Shown here: positions 12,301-27,300 of the stretch, piece by piece
Layout of the letters: each line of letters starts with the position of its first letter
Position numbering within the stretch: the first letter of the stretch is position 1
From: Oopsacas minuta
Lineage: Eukaryota > Animalia > Porifera
Length of the DNA stretch: 64,000 bases
Direction of reading: 5' to 3'
Assembly (NCBI GenBank): GCA_024704765.1
Contig: JAKMXF010000111.1
Coordinates: 1,256,619 to 1,320,618 of the forward strand
Made by a program: the position numbers and the translations under genes
The notes under the pieces: generated by a model
Databases searched by the model: none
What the model saw: the letters and a program-made list of their open reading frames with translations, nothing else
What the model was told of the DNA's origin: nothing

Positions 12301-15300
12301 TCAAAACTCCCACCAGCGGATTCAATTCTAGGTCTTCTCTCATAGCTTAGATTTTCGCTGGGATATGAATCGAAGCTGTCATCATCCATGAGCGGAAAAG
12401 TTCTATCCGTGTGGTCATTATTCGCTAAGGTGCCATAACGATTACTTGAATGAGAAACACTTCGAATATCACCATGATGTGTATTTTTAAATCTCATACA
12501 TTTGATTAAGACGAGTATTATACTGAATAGAGCGATCACGATAAGGATAACTGATAGGACAGATCCCACTACTATGCCTATTTCGTTATTATTCTGTTGA
12601 GATGTACCATCTACATCTAATTCACATTTAGGTTCTAGACTATTGTGGCATAAATGACAATAATCAGATTCATTAACGTAATTACATGTAGATGTGAAGT
12701 TGCAATATGAAATATATTTATTTCCATCACAATTCGTTAAAACCGGTTTCAGATTATTATTTGAGCTCTCATAACTCTCAACTGATCCAATATGAACCAT
12801 CCCTAGACAGAATTCATTGGTAGAGATATCGCCCAATCCTTCATCATTGAAACATAAAAACTTCCATTCGAGGGTCCTATTATTACTATTCAAACATATT
12901 TGAATAACATTAGATAAGTTTCCTATACTAGTTACTCTTTTGTCTCCGTCTCTACTACAACTTTGAGCGAATGTGTATGATAGATAAAACGTTAATACAG
13001 AAAGAGACAGCAAATAAACAAGTAAAATATTGGAATACATAAAAGCGAGAATCCAATTTCTTCCAGTACGATATTATTGATAAAGCAATATTATCCATGA
13101 TTATGAGAATATCTACCAGAAGAGTGATATATGATATGTACTTCTGAATAGATGTACCTATGACTATCAATTGATGCCTCCAAATGCAGTATAAATGAAA
13201 AAGAATACTTTGGGGCCTCTCTACGTGAGGCGTATTTCGATCATTTTTACTCAAAATATTTCAGTAATAACAAATTCCATAAGCTGGATCCTGACATTAA
13301 ATTGAATAATAAAATTGGACTCGTAACAGAGCAAAATGGATAAATAATAGATTAATAGAATAAAGAATAAATGTGAATCATTTTCAGATGCTGTGAATTT
13401 ATGTTCTATCAAAATTGATTGAGCATTTTATAAATTCAATATTCGGTATCAGGCTTATTCATTAGAAGATTAAAAAGTTAGTAATCAAGAATCCAAAGAA
13501 CACTTGGATATTTGCCTAAAAGTTGGTCTCATTTTTGGATCTTGCCTCCATGTCTCTAACATGATTTGGTACATTTTTTCTGGACAACGGACAGGTTGTG
13601 AGAGGGTGTCTCCGTTTGTAAGAGCTTGTATAACTTCCTCATTATTACAACCTTCCCATGGCTTATCTCCCAGTGACCAGATCTCGTACAGTGTCATACC
13701 AAATGACCACACATCAGATTTCTCAGAGAATTTATTGTAGAACAGAGCTTCTGGAGCTGTCCAACGGAGAGGTACCCTTCCACCACCTGAAGAGGTGTAG
13801 TAATCATTGTCACAATCTATTCCTCGTGACATACCGAAATCTGCCACACGTACACTCAAATCTTTCGCTACTAACACATTCCTAGCAGCTAAATCTCTAT
13901 GAATGAATTTCTTATCAGCTAGATGCTCCATTCCAGCTGCTATCTCCTGACTGAACTTCAGCAGTAGATTTTGAATATTTAGTTTGTCTGAAGAAGCAGT
14001 AGGTCTAATTTGGAGTAAGAGTTGTCTCAGTTCTGTCTTGAGGAGTTCTGTTACCATCATCCATGGTTCTTGAGTTGTCAGTATACCGATAAGTCTGAGT
14101 ACGTAGGGATGATGGAACTGAGTGAGAATAGCAGCCTCCCTCATGAAATCCATTTTGGTATCTTTGTTAGTACCCACAGTTTCCTTCAACGTTTTGATAG
14201 CTACAGGAATGTCTCCCTTCCCTGTACTGTATTTACCTCTGTACACAACACCGAACTGACCAGAAGCGAACTTTTCTCCTATCTCTATATCTTCTGCTCT
14301 AATCTCATGGATATATGCATCTACCATGTGTTTCAATTCAGGGAAGTTCTTAGGAGGCTCCAAATAAGGGCTATCAACTATAGTGCTCTTGTATAAAGAG
14401 TTAACTGATACACCAAAATGAATAGAGTCTATCAGCTGATTTGGATCAATCTTCTGACTTAGTAGGTTAGCATACATACTTGGTTCTATGACCTCCCCAC
14501 CCACTATACTCATATAGTGTTCTATGTTATTATATTCTAGCAGAAAATGAGTTGGATCTTGATATGGCGATGGATCTTGTGAAATGGTGTGATATATATT
14601 TGATGAGTTTCGAAGTGAATTGATAGGAGAATCACAATATATTTCAACCACTTCAGAATAAATTACTTCTTCTCCAGCAACATTGTCACAAGTTGTAACT
14701 GTAGGGTTATTGGTATTTAAATCTCTCCCTTCAAGATTATCAAGAATTAAAGTACGTGGCTCTTGCAAAAGCTTATCTGTGGATTTCTTCCTGCAAGTAA
14801 GACAAATAACTAATATGATGAGGACAGACAAAATAATGGATATACTGATAGCAATAACAAGACTGATGACCAAACCTATGATACTAATGTTATTATCGAC
14901 AGCTGACTCAGAGCAATTTCCTTGATTTAACCCAGATGAAGTACAGTCGATAGTTGGCAAAATAGTTTCTGTCGTAGACAAAATAGATTCTGTCGTAAGC
15001 ATAATAGTTTCTGTCGTAGGCATAGTAGTTTCTGTCGTAGACAAAATAGTTTTTGTCGTAGGCAAAATAGTTTCTATCGTAGGCATAGTGGTTTCTGTCG
15101 TAGGCATAGTGGTTTCTGTCGTAGGCATAGTAGTTTCTGTCGTAGGCATAGTAGTTTCTGTCGTAGGCATAGTAGTTTCTGTCGTAGACAAAATAGTTTC
15201 TGTCGTAGGCATAGTAGACTCAACATTAGTTTGGTTAGAAGTTGGTATTTGTGTAGATATGGTCGTACTAATTGTTGTTAATGGTTGAGTTAATTGTTGG

Positions 15301-18300
15301 GTGTCGTGAGAAGTAGTACCTACAGTAATATCATGAATACTACAATCAACTCCACTAATTCCAGTAGGACAGATACACTCGCCTAGAAAACAGAACCCTC
15401 CATTCATACAAGCCTCCTCACACACACATCTTCCTTCCTCACAAATTCCAGCATTACAATCGGTTTCTGCGTTACTGCATCGTCTGCAACTAAATTCAAC
15501 AGCAGACACATAATGACAATCCTCCATTGTTGTACTATGACTACAATCCAATAGAGACATACTGTCACTACTGCAGTCTAGATTTATTAATTTAACCATA
15601 CCATCGCTTATAATATTAGAGGCACCTAACCCTGAGTAATCTGACAAGATGTAACCAGCTCTTCTACAATACACATATGCCTCACTACTACTCCAACCTT
15701 CAAAACACACAAAGGTCCAACTTTTAACTCCATTATTCTCAAAACAAATCTGTATTACATCGTTTCTATTTGCAGCAGATACCACCCTCTCATCTCCCTC
15801 TACGTCACAAGAATCGGAGAATACAACTCCTGAGGTTAGAAGCAGAAGCTGGACTACTCGTAAAATCCTCTGGTAAAAGTACATAGAATATTAATATGTT
15901 AAATAAATTTGTAGTCCTAATATATTAGGTAATTCAATCAGGCTAGCGCTAGGCAATGAGATAAACCATGGCCTGGGTATACCATTTCAAGGCTAGGTAT
16001 AATGATGTACTATTAATACAAGAATTGAGAATCCGTTTGGGAGAGTTCTACCGAATTATACAGAAATTAATTAAACAGACAGATTTCTAATACATTTTAG
16101 TATTTAAATGTTTTATCAGTAAAGCCTTGATTTCCCGAACAGCAGGGAACGTACGGGAATTTGGCGAAATAGAATCTGAGATTTGAGCTTCTGACTTCTA
16201 TACTAACTATAGTACTAATCCTTTCGAAAGTTATGGTGATGTTAGACACATATTAGTATAAATAAATCTTCCAAGTTGCAACATTCTTGTCAAATATTCC
16301 AACTTCCGAGTTACAAAATCCTCATTTTCTATAATCCTCAAGCATTGAATGTCAAATATCAAAATACAGTAAGACACTATTCAGTTATTCGAATACGTTA
16401 ACACCAAAGTTGAAATTTAGAGACGAAAGGTGTTCGGATAGCCGAGGGTGTACCGTATCCAGCAACCTAATTGGTTACGACATTTATGGAGTTGTTGGTT
16501 AGAAAAATTAATCATTAATACAACTGAAAATTTGATTGCATAATTGTCCGTGTTGATTCTACCATATTAAATAGCATTCCATGAAAATATCTCTAAAATG
16601 CAAACGGCTAAGTATATTAATTACAGAAATTTCACTGAATAATATTACGTATAAGTAACAATTCTAAGAATATAATTAATATAATGCTACATACGCGGAA
16701 TTTATAATTTCGTATTCGTTTGTTGGGTCATGGATTCATTATTAGATTTGACTGAAGGGAAATATACAACAACGGAATCAGAAAACGTGTACTCTAATCA
16801 TTTCTTAAACAAAATAATTATTAGATTATATATGTTTCCGTAAGTTTTTTCTTTAGTTTTCTTGTAATAATTGCGTAGAACATTGCTGGGTTATATGTAA
16901 GACTGTTGTTCAAAATATGATAAATAGAACAAATTTCTGTTTTTGTTATGATAATTATCTGAACACAGTTAAGAACATAGTTATAACAAATGAAACTTGC
17001 ACTAGTTGTATCTCTCTTAATTATATTTGCATTATGGCAGTGCAGAAGTCAAGAGTGTAGCATGGTGAATGAAATAGAAGATTTACAATGTAATGAATTG
17101 AGAGAAGTTAGGTCAGATGCTATATCATCATCATCGAATTGTCGGTCATTCATTACATATCGAAATAGTAGTGAGAATTGTCAAGATATCCCACACGAAG
17201 ACGAAGATTATCTAGATGGGATAATAGTAATCAAATGCACTCGTAATGATGGTATAATCTGTTTGAAAAGTGAAATGAAATTTAGGTGTACATCGTGTGA
17301 AGATGACGCGAATGGTCGAGGTTTTTGTAATTGTAATTGTATGGCTGAGTGTGAGGTAAGTGATGAAAAAGAGACATGGGACATAATATCTACAGTAAAT
17401 ATAACCCAACAAGTTATCTCAAGAATAAGCACTAATCAACCAACAAGCCCAACTATAAATGAAATAACAGATGCACCAACAGCGAATAATACCACAATAA
17501 GGAACAACAGTAGCCCAACTCCTGATCTCCCATTAAATACAAAGCAATACTTAGCTTACGTATTACCAATAGGTGGAATATTTATCATATTACTGATAGC
17601 AGTGCTAATCCCTATCATTGTGTGTTTGATATGTAGAAGGGTATTAAGTAAAGGTAAAGATCCAGAATTAGATACACACTCGATGGATATAAGCCAGTTA
17701 TACATAAATCCTCATATCAGCTCTACGAATGAATCTAACTATTCCACGATATCAGAAATAGAACCCAATAATACCTGTAATTCTCTCAGAAACCACTCCA
17801 ACCAAGATACAAGTAATGGTATAACATCGAATAGACTATCTGAAAATATGTATCAAGAGATCAGATCTAGCCTCATATCAGAAGCAACAACTCCCGGGGA
17901 AATGATACAAAATGTATTATACAATTTCGGTGCTACCAATGAGACAGATATCTCAAATAACTTTTATCATGTCTTGGTAGCTGGTGAAGTAATTCAACCA
18001 AACATTTATGATCAAATAATAGAGGTTAATTCTTTATACTCGAAAGATAATACAAGCAATGAGCAGCGAGATTTTCATAACTACATCGAGCCCCCTAAGA
18101 ACTTCCCTGAATTGAAACACATGGTAGATGCATATATCCATGAGATTAAGGCAGAGGATATAGAGATAGGAGAAGAGTTCGCTTCTGGTCAGTTCGGTGT
18201 TGTGTACAGAGGTAAATACAGTACAGGGAAGGGAGACATTCCTGTAGCTATCAAAACGTTGAAGGAAACTGTGGGTACTAACAAAGATACCAAAATGGAT

Positions 18301-21300
18301 TTCATGAGGGAGGCTGCTATTCTCACTCAGTTCCATCATCCCTACGTACTCAGACTTATCGGTATACTGACAACTCAAGAACCATGGATGATGGTAACAG
18401 AACTCCTCAAGACAGAACTGAGACAACTCTTACTCCAAATTAGACCTACTGCTTCTTCAGACAAACTAAATATTCAAAATCTACTGCTGAAGTTCAGTCA
18501 GGAGATAGCAGCTGGAATGGAGCATCTAGCTGATAAGAAATTCATTCATAGAGATTTAGCTGCTAGGAATGTGTTAGTAGCGAAAGATTTGAGTGTACGT
18601 GTGGCAGATTTCGGTATGTCACGAGGAATAGATTGTGACAATGATTACTACACCTCTTCAGGTGGTGGAAGGGTACCTCTCCGTTGGACAGCTCCAGAAG
18701 CTCTGTTCTACAATAAATTCTCTGAGAAATCTGATGTGTGGTCATTTGGTATGACACTGTACGAGATCTGGTCACTGGGAGATAAGCCATGGGAAGGTTG
18801 TAATAATGAGGAAGTTATACAAGCTCTTACAAACGGAGACACCCTCTCACAACCTGTCCAATGTCCTGATCAAATATATCAAATTATGCTTGAGACCTGG
18901 AAGCAAGATAAAGATTATCGCCCAAGTTTCTCCCAACTGAACAGAGAGCTGAATTTACCTATATGATTTCAGTCATCAAGCTACTTCTCAATATTATTAA
19001 ACACTTGATTGTGTAAATCAAGATTTCTGGAATAACATTTGTTATGATATTCAAGTTGATTGTAAATTATGTCAATACTCAAAACTTAATCTTGCAGCCT
19101 TTGTACTCAATTTCAAGTAATAACACCTTGAAACACATTCGCTCTCTCATTTTTAACGCCCTAGGTTTGAATTTTTGAAAAATGGCTATAAACTTATAAT
19201 TCATTTAAACCATGGATGCCTAGTTAAGCTATATGTATATCTAACATGGTTAATATACAATATTTTGTAAACTAATAATATCATAATTATATTATTAGGA
19301 ATTTAGGACCTTGGTCATTAGTTGCATGGGAAACGGACGCTAGAGTTAGGTAAACCTCATGCTATACACATTCCATTCCATCGATGAATTTATTTTCCTA
19401 TACAGCCAGGGGCGTAGGGCCCCAAACAAATGTAAGGGTTCACAACTTCAGACCAGACGAGTTTTTAATTAAATTCCTCTGACTTTACTAATTATCACTA
19501 AGAAATAAGAATATATACTAAAGTTTCCAAAATATCCAAAGTAGTCAGAGAATATATTGATGACCCTTAATTTAGGGTAGGGACAGATATTTCACTTAAA
19601 CATGCGTTTTGGGGTGATTTTATTTTATATTGAGAGTGAGATCGCGAGTGAAGAGAGCCGAAATTTTACCGTTTGAAATTCGATCCAAATATTATGTATT
19701 TAGATTCCAATTTTGATATTTTCAAATCTATATCTCATATATTTACCATATTTACAACCAGGGTAGGATATATGTCCGAGATGCCTGAGCTGCACTCCCA
19801 GTCTGCCAGCTGGATATTTTCTATCTGTCTTTGTAGCAATTATTATTATTATTATTATTATTTGCAGAATGTACAAAATAGAAATGATAATTATAATATC
19901 GCAGATAATCAGTATTTTGTAATTTGTACACATAAACATGAATAATAAAGATACCATCTTCATTTGATTATAAGTTCTTAGATAAGCTTACGTGCTACAA
20001 CATTTTAAGAAAGATTTTTTGTCTACAAAGTATTTTTTGCGATAATTAGCCAGTAAACTAAGTTATCAAAATGATGATATGCAATACTATAATTTACTTA
20101 AAATTGTGTCGGAATTTCATCTCGTATATTCATCGAATTTTCATTAGTTTGAAAACTTTGAAAATATTAAAATATATAATCGCAGCGTAAAATTTGCAAT
20201 TATATTAGTTGATGCAATTCCATAGAGTATTGCACAACAGCGTATGTTCTTTCTAATTGTAATCAAATGTATTTTCAACATGTAACTTGAGTAATAATTA
20301 TTACTATCTGTCAGACAGTGAGGAGACTGTTTGGCACCAGGGGTTACGTCTCTGGAGAGAGACAATTAGATTCAATTTCACTGAGGCAACATCATGAATC
20401 ATGTCGATGAGTATTCGATTGCCACTGAAATCGAATATTTATTAAAATATGTCTAGGATTATTGGAAAATTATAATATTCTAACAAAAATCTGTAAATAT
20501 TTACGTCTAGAACAAATAGTTAATTCCTTTAAATAAATTATTTCTGATAAATATGGTCTCATAATCATAGTAACTTAAGTATGCGAAACCAAAGTAGAAA
20601 GTTTCAAGAAATAGACTATCAGATTAAGATTATATAAGGGAATATTCATGCATTTCGAAGTGACAATGTGTCCCATCTTTTTCGACACATTATACAATAC
20701 TTGATTAATTCACTAATTCATGAAATTTTCTTGTAAATCATAATTCAGATGAACATTTCTTGGTAAAAATTTGATTACAATATTAACAGTATGAAGTTCT
20801 ACAATATTTCTGAGAAAATATGCCAAGAGTTTATTAAATGATTAGATAATACACATATGTGTATATATATATAATAATAAGCTTTCTCAGAAAACAGTAA
20901 GTCTGGTTATAGTTGTTGATCTATAAAGCCATTTCAACTTAGTCAAGCTCTGTAATACCACAAATTATGCTAAATATTCGCATAATAATTATTAGACTGA
21001 ATGGAATCATGGCCACATAATAATCTGTGTGGTATAACAACATAGTGGGAAGATCAACGAATTCTAATTTCATAGAGATGAAATTCAATGAGTGTACAAA
21101 TAATTGTGTTTTTATCAAGAATTGTGTCTCTGAGTCTGCCCTATAAATGCAGTAGGATTGTCAATAATATGATTTTTCAAACAATTAAACAGCACATACA
21201 TTGAGATGCATATACTCAATATTCTAAGTGTAATCCTATTAGGGATAACCTTTTTGGGATTGGGACGATGCGAATTATGTGACAAAGTTGGAGAGATCAG

Positions 21301-24300
21301 GTCAGAAAATCTTGAAATTATGGATTCATTATCCCAAAGTTACGCACAGATATGTCTACAGCAATCGAGTAGTTTGGAATGGAGTCACATTTGTTCTGAA
21401 CAAACAAGTGAAGGATTTGCTTGGCCCTCTGACAACGGATATGTTTGGTGTAGATCTATGAAGAGAATACCACAGAGTGATCACATAGGATCAATAACGG
21501 CCTCTACATATGGTGTGGGTGATATTAAGTTAGCCAGTGCAAGCTGTGACAGGATAGATCATGAAGATTTGTATGCTTGTAATCACACTACAACTACTGA
21601 GGGTTGTAGATATCTGCATGGGCTTGTTTGTGTCTCTTGTTCAGAGGCTGTACCCTGTAATGGTAATGGATCATGCAGCGAGGGAATGTGTGAATGTAAT
21701 AATAACTGTATGAATGGTGGATTCTGTGATTTAGGAATATGCCAGTGCAGATATCCATACTACGGTGAAAATTGTGAGTACAAATATTGTGTTTCATCTT
21801 GTAATGATAATGAGTTCTGCTTGAATAGCTCTGGGACGTGTATTTGTAAGGATTCATATTATGGTGACAGTTGTCAGTATAAAATATGCCCCGATACATG
21901 TGGTGAAAAAGGAGAATGCAATAATCAAACCGGTTTGTGTCAATGTGAACCAAATTATTTCGGTATCACATGTCAATCAAAGAATTGTACACCTTCTTGT
22001 TCACAGAACGGAACATGTGATGAAACAGTGGGATTATGTCAATGTAATGCACCGTATTACGGAAACAGTTGCCAGTACTTAGGAATAAATTGCACTAACA
22101 AATGTCTAAACCGAGGAATTTGTAATTTCACAAATGCTATGTGTGAATGTAGTGCAAACTTCAGAGGAAACAGCTGTGAAATTGCGTTATCACGTTTTGA
22201 AGAGAATATAGTGATTTCCATAGGAATATTAGCATGTACAGTAGTAATACTGATTGGCTTGGTAGTACTAGTAGTCATAATGTGTATAGTGATTAAAAGG
22301 AGAAAGAGAGGTTCTAAACAAAATGGGAAAATTAAAAATATCGAGTTGTCTGAAGATCAGATACAGGCTTCACAAGAAAACATAACCGAGTCTAAAACTA
22401 ATATAAAGCCAAAACGCAAGTTAAAGGATAACAAAACCTACATCAAGAGCTTAAACTCTAGTAAAGGAACTGAAGCACAGATGATAAGTCTCAATCAGAA
22501 CGGGAATAATTTTCATGCTTCTACAACGAGTAGTCCGTATACACAACTAGGAACACTTGAATATATCAGTTATGAAAGGGAGGAAGTGCATGCCATGTTT
22601 TTAAATGGAGATCGGACAGGGGAAGAGTTGTACGAGGCATACACTAGGATTAACGATAGCATTTTGCCAAGTAGAAACGCTACAATTGTCCTGTCTCAGG
22701 AAGAACGTGATTCGATTCATTCTCAAAATAACGAGCCAATCTATGAAACCTGTCTCAGGAGGGGGAAAGATACAAATGTTGTAAAATTCTCTGATTCAAC
22801 TGAATACTGCGAACCTCCGGATAACTTACCAAAGATATTCGATAGAATGTCTTTAATGAAATTTCGTGAAATCAACCCTGATACTCTTGAGAAACTAGAC
22901 TACCTGGGTTCTGGAGAATTCGGTATAGTTTATAAAGGCATTTGGGATACAGGACGAGAGAAAATCGATGTTGCAATGAAAATATTGAAATCATCAGATG
23001 AAGGAGTGAAGACAGCGTTCATGAGGGAGGCAGCTATAATGGGACAATTCTCCCATCCAAACATCCTAAAACTTATGGGCGTACTTAGTTTGTCAGAACC
23101 CTTCATGATAGTTACAGAATACATGAATGGAGATCTACCAAAGTTACTAATAAATCTAAAACCATCTGGAATAAATTTTTCCCTGATACCGCCAGTCCTA
23201 TTAAAGTTCTGTAATGAGATTGTTACGGGCATGGAGTACCTTGCTTCTAAGAATTGTGTACATCGAGATCTAGCTGCTAGAAATGTTCTCCTCAGTCGTA
23301 ACATGGTGTGTAAAATCGCAGATTTTGGAATGTCACGTGAATTCAAAGAGAACTACGATTATTATAAATGTTCTGGAGGTCTTATTCCTGTGAAGTGGAC
23401 CGCCCCAGAATCAATATTCTACCAGAGATACTCTGAGAAGAGCGATGTTTGGGCTTTTGGCATGACTATGTTTGAGATATGGTCACTAGGTTATAAGCCT
23501 TGGCATAATAAGTCTAATGAAGATATTCTTCAAAAGATGCAGTCTCGTCAAGTAATGCATCCACCAACAGGTTGCCCAAAGGAAATATATGCTATCATGC
23601 TGGAGACCTGGAAGTACGAAGTGGATGAGAGAATTACATTCAAACTATTGCGGCAGTTACTTCGGAAACCAATCCAATTCCAAACTAATACTTCATCTCA
23701 CCCAGCTGATGTTCTTGGAAACGATCCTTCTCTCGTACGAGGATTCGATTGAAGCATAATATTGATAATATTTTTATAATTTGTTTTCTTATCATTTAGA
23801 ATGTTTTACTTCTTTATGTATATGTCAGCTGTTTTGGTATTTTTACACACATTAGCAAGGATCTTATCATAGAATTCTGAATAATTATTCATTTTGAAAC
23901 ACCCGCTTTGCCACTTTTACGACCCAAACGTGGGGCTTCCAGGCGGTCCAAAGAGCCAGAGAAAATTTTACGACGCCCATGTATTGGTGTGTAAATTAAA
24001 AGATTCTAAATAGCCTCAGAAACTTGGTTTCAACCAAATATTAAAAGTACTCAGAGCATGCTCCATCTGCACTGAGAATATGCACCACCTTGGCAATTGA
24101 ATAAAGCTATTAAATATTTGGCTTGGATGTTTTCTAGGCATTTTTGGACAATTCTCACTTGTTGGAATAGTATTTTCCCTGTGTTATTGGCTACCTGCTT
24201 AGATGTTTATTTTTGGACATTATGAGACACTCCTCGTTTTGTTGGAGTGGGTATTTCCCTTGTATTAGTGGTCAGGTGCTTGGATGTTGTTTAGGGCATT

Positions 24301-27300
24301 TGGGGCGGGTGATACTCTAAGTACAAATAGAGCATGCTATGAGTACTTTTACCACCTCTTTCAACGGTTATACTGGGGTGTTCGAGTACGCTGATTCCGA
24401 ATTTTGCACTTTGAAACAGGGGTAGCGCCAGGAAATCCCCGACAAGGGGGCTTAGATCCCCAATGGGGGGGTCTAAATTTGTGACATAAATCCTAGAATA
24501 CTACACAGTTTTACTAGATATAATTCATATTCTTGTCAAATTTCTTCCAATTCCTTCCCAACGGGGGAGCTGTAGCCCCCTCACCTCCCCCTAGCGCCAC
24601 CCCTGCTTTGAAATTACTCATATGTAAATAATTGTTGTGTCTATAAACTAATTTCGAGGTACGAAGTGCCGAGTTCCATGGATCACAGAGTATTCGCAAG
24701 CCGCGCGCTCGTATATTTTATGGTCAGAAATCAAATTCATTGCACCTGTTGTATTGCAAATGCTAGAAACCGAATTTAGAGTAAAAATACTACCAAATAG
24801 ATCCCGGAATTTAATTTTAACCAAATAATATTAATCTAAAGCTAAATATTAAGATAATATCTCTAATATGAAAGCATATACTTTACCATAATTATTAAGA
24901 TACCTAGAGGTGTGCGGAAATTAAATACAATTAAATTCTAAGCAATTAAGCTGAATTCAATTATCTAAGTTCTAACAATCTTGACACTATATGCCAACGT
25001 AGTATTAATTTAATAAAATACAATTTCATTCTCATGGCAATCAATCATATGGTAATTATGTGATTAATCAGCCACAATTTGTAATTAGTTATAGCGTGGT
25101 GGTGTAATTAATTGGAGTTGAGAAAAGCATTAATAGTCTAAGATAAAAAGTAAAAATGATTGGAAAATTGAAAACTTGAAGTACGCTTGATAATGTCAAA
25201 GATAAAGTCAATCATATTTGTGTTACTGATCTGTCTCATGACTCAGGTTATTACTGTATTAACTTGTACAAATAGCAGCCAGTGTAATGGATCAGCTGTG
25301 TGTGGAAGCGGTGGAGTGTGTGTTTGTGAATTTCCTAATTTCGGTGCAGATTGTGAGTTGAGGAACTGCTCCCCTCCCTGTAATATTAACCAGACTTGTA
25401 ATAATCAAACTGGAATATGTCAGTGTAAAGTTCCATTCTATGGAAATAACTGCGAATTGAGAGGATCAGTTTGTCCAGCTCAATGCTTGAATGGAGGTTC
25501 ATGTAACTTTGCTGATGGTACTTGTCTATGTGCTAATAGTTACCATGGAGATGTATGTGAGTTACGAGTATGTATTCCAGCCTGTAAGAATGGAGGTGTG
25601 TGCATATCCCCTAATCACTGTAAATGTGTTAACGGTACGTATGGAGTGTTATGTGAAGAGTTTTTAGACGATTTAAATATAACAGATTTTCCATTAATTT
25701 TTGGTGTTTCAATTGGATTGATAGTATTTTGCTGGTGCTGGGTTATTTACGTAATCATAATATTAACCACTGAGGCCTTCTGTATCTGTAGAAGAAGGAT
25801 AAACAAGAAATCAACTCCACAACCACATCTTTCCCTAAGAACGCAATCTTCCATTAGAATACCGATGCATTTACCAACAGTTAATTTAGAAGCAGGAACA
25901 TTCGATATACAAAACTTAGGAATGACAGATATAGAAAGGAGGAGGAGTCATCTGGTTAGAAATCAATACTACAACAGCAATGAGAGTATAGAATACAGAG
26001 GATGTAATACCGAGACAGTAGCGTACATAGATCCAGATTTACTTTCTGTATCTCCAAACAGAAACTACAACGTCCCAAATAATGACCAACTAGCTGCATC
26101 AGAAGGGCATTGTATTACAAACCATCATATCAGAGAAGCTAGCTTGAATGCAGGATTATATCATGATAACAGTGACGTATATATTCTCCCAGATAATAAG
26201 AATACTGGACCTGCTCTACCACCGAAGCCAAGACCAAAAGCTAAATTTGAAGAGACTCGAAAGAGATTAAGAAAACAAAGATCAAATAGCTATGCAAACG
26301 ATGATTATATCATTTATGAAACTATTGGAGAAGAAGATAGAACGATGGATACAATGTATTCACTGCTAAGCAAGCCAAACAAAAGCGAGCGTAGATGCGT
26401 TGTACTCTCAAATGAAGAAAGAAATTCTCTTCCCAGAGGGAAAACTAGTTATAGCACATTCCCTGGCTTGCTAAAGCAGAGAAGGCAGACTAGATACTTC
26501 AAAGAAGCTCCAATCTATGACAAACCTTCCACAACTCTGGATAAACTGTTTGATCAGATGTCAGGCATGAATTTCAGGGAAATAGTGCCAGACACATTGA
26601 TCACGAGTGAGCTATTGGGGACAGGAGAGTTTGGGATAGTTTGTAAGGGTGCGTGGATTTCTAGACTGGGAGAGGTACCTGTAGCTGTGAAAACTCTGAG
26701 AGAGCCTAGTACTGAAGAAAGGAAGATCGCTCTGTTCCAAGAGGCACTTATCATGGGACAGTTCTCCCATCCAAATGTAATCAGGATTCTAGGTATAGTT
26801 AGCATTAGGGAGCCTTACGCAATCGTATCAGAATTGATGAAGACTGAAATGCTAGTATTTCTACGTACAGTGAGAAATTCAAAGATTGATTTGAACAAAC
26901 TGCCTCCTCTCTTGCTTAGGTTTTGTCGTGAAATAGCAGCAGGAATGCAATACCTCGCTTCAAAGCGTTTCGTGCATCGTGATCTAGCAGCGAGAAATAT
27001 TTTAATCGCGAACAACTACACTATTCGCATAGCAGACTTTGGGATGGCTCGTGAAATTATAAATAACAGCGAATACTACTCTACTTCAGGGGGTAACATA
27101 CCGGTTAGATGGACAGCACCTGAAGCTTTGTTCAATCAACTGTATTCTGAAAAATCTGACGTGTGGTCATTCGGTATGACAATGTTTGAGATATGGTCTC
27201 TAGGTCTCAATCCATGGTACAATTTATCTAATGACGAGGTTATACGAGCTATCCATGGACACCGAGTTCACCCTCCACCCACAGGTTGTCCTAGAGACGT

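Noticed and set aside
15088-15288. VVSVVGI-repeat ORF
   Set aside because: Antisense reading of the R4 mucin minisatellite.
13658-18790. Identical small ORFs on opposite strands (13658..13885 and 18563..18790; 14022..14396 and 18034..18426)
   Set aside because: Shadows of the inverted kinase repeat, not genes.
23930-24360. Inverted repeat (24043..24077 / 24315..24350) enclosing degenerate ~80-bp tandem units
   Set aside because: Looks like an old foldback/MITE remnant; boundaries and TSD could not be defined.
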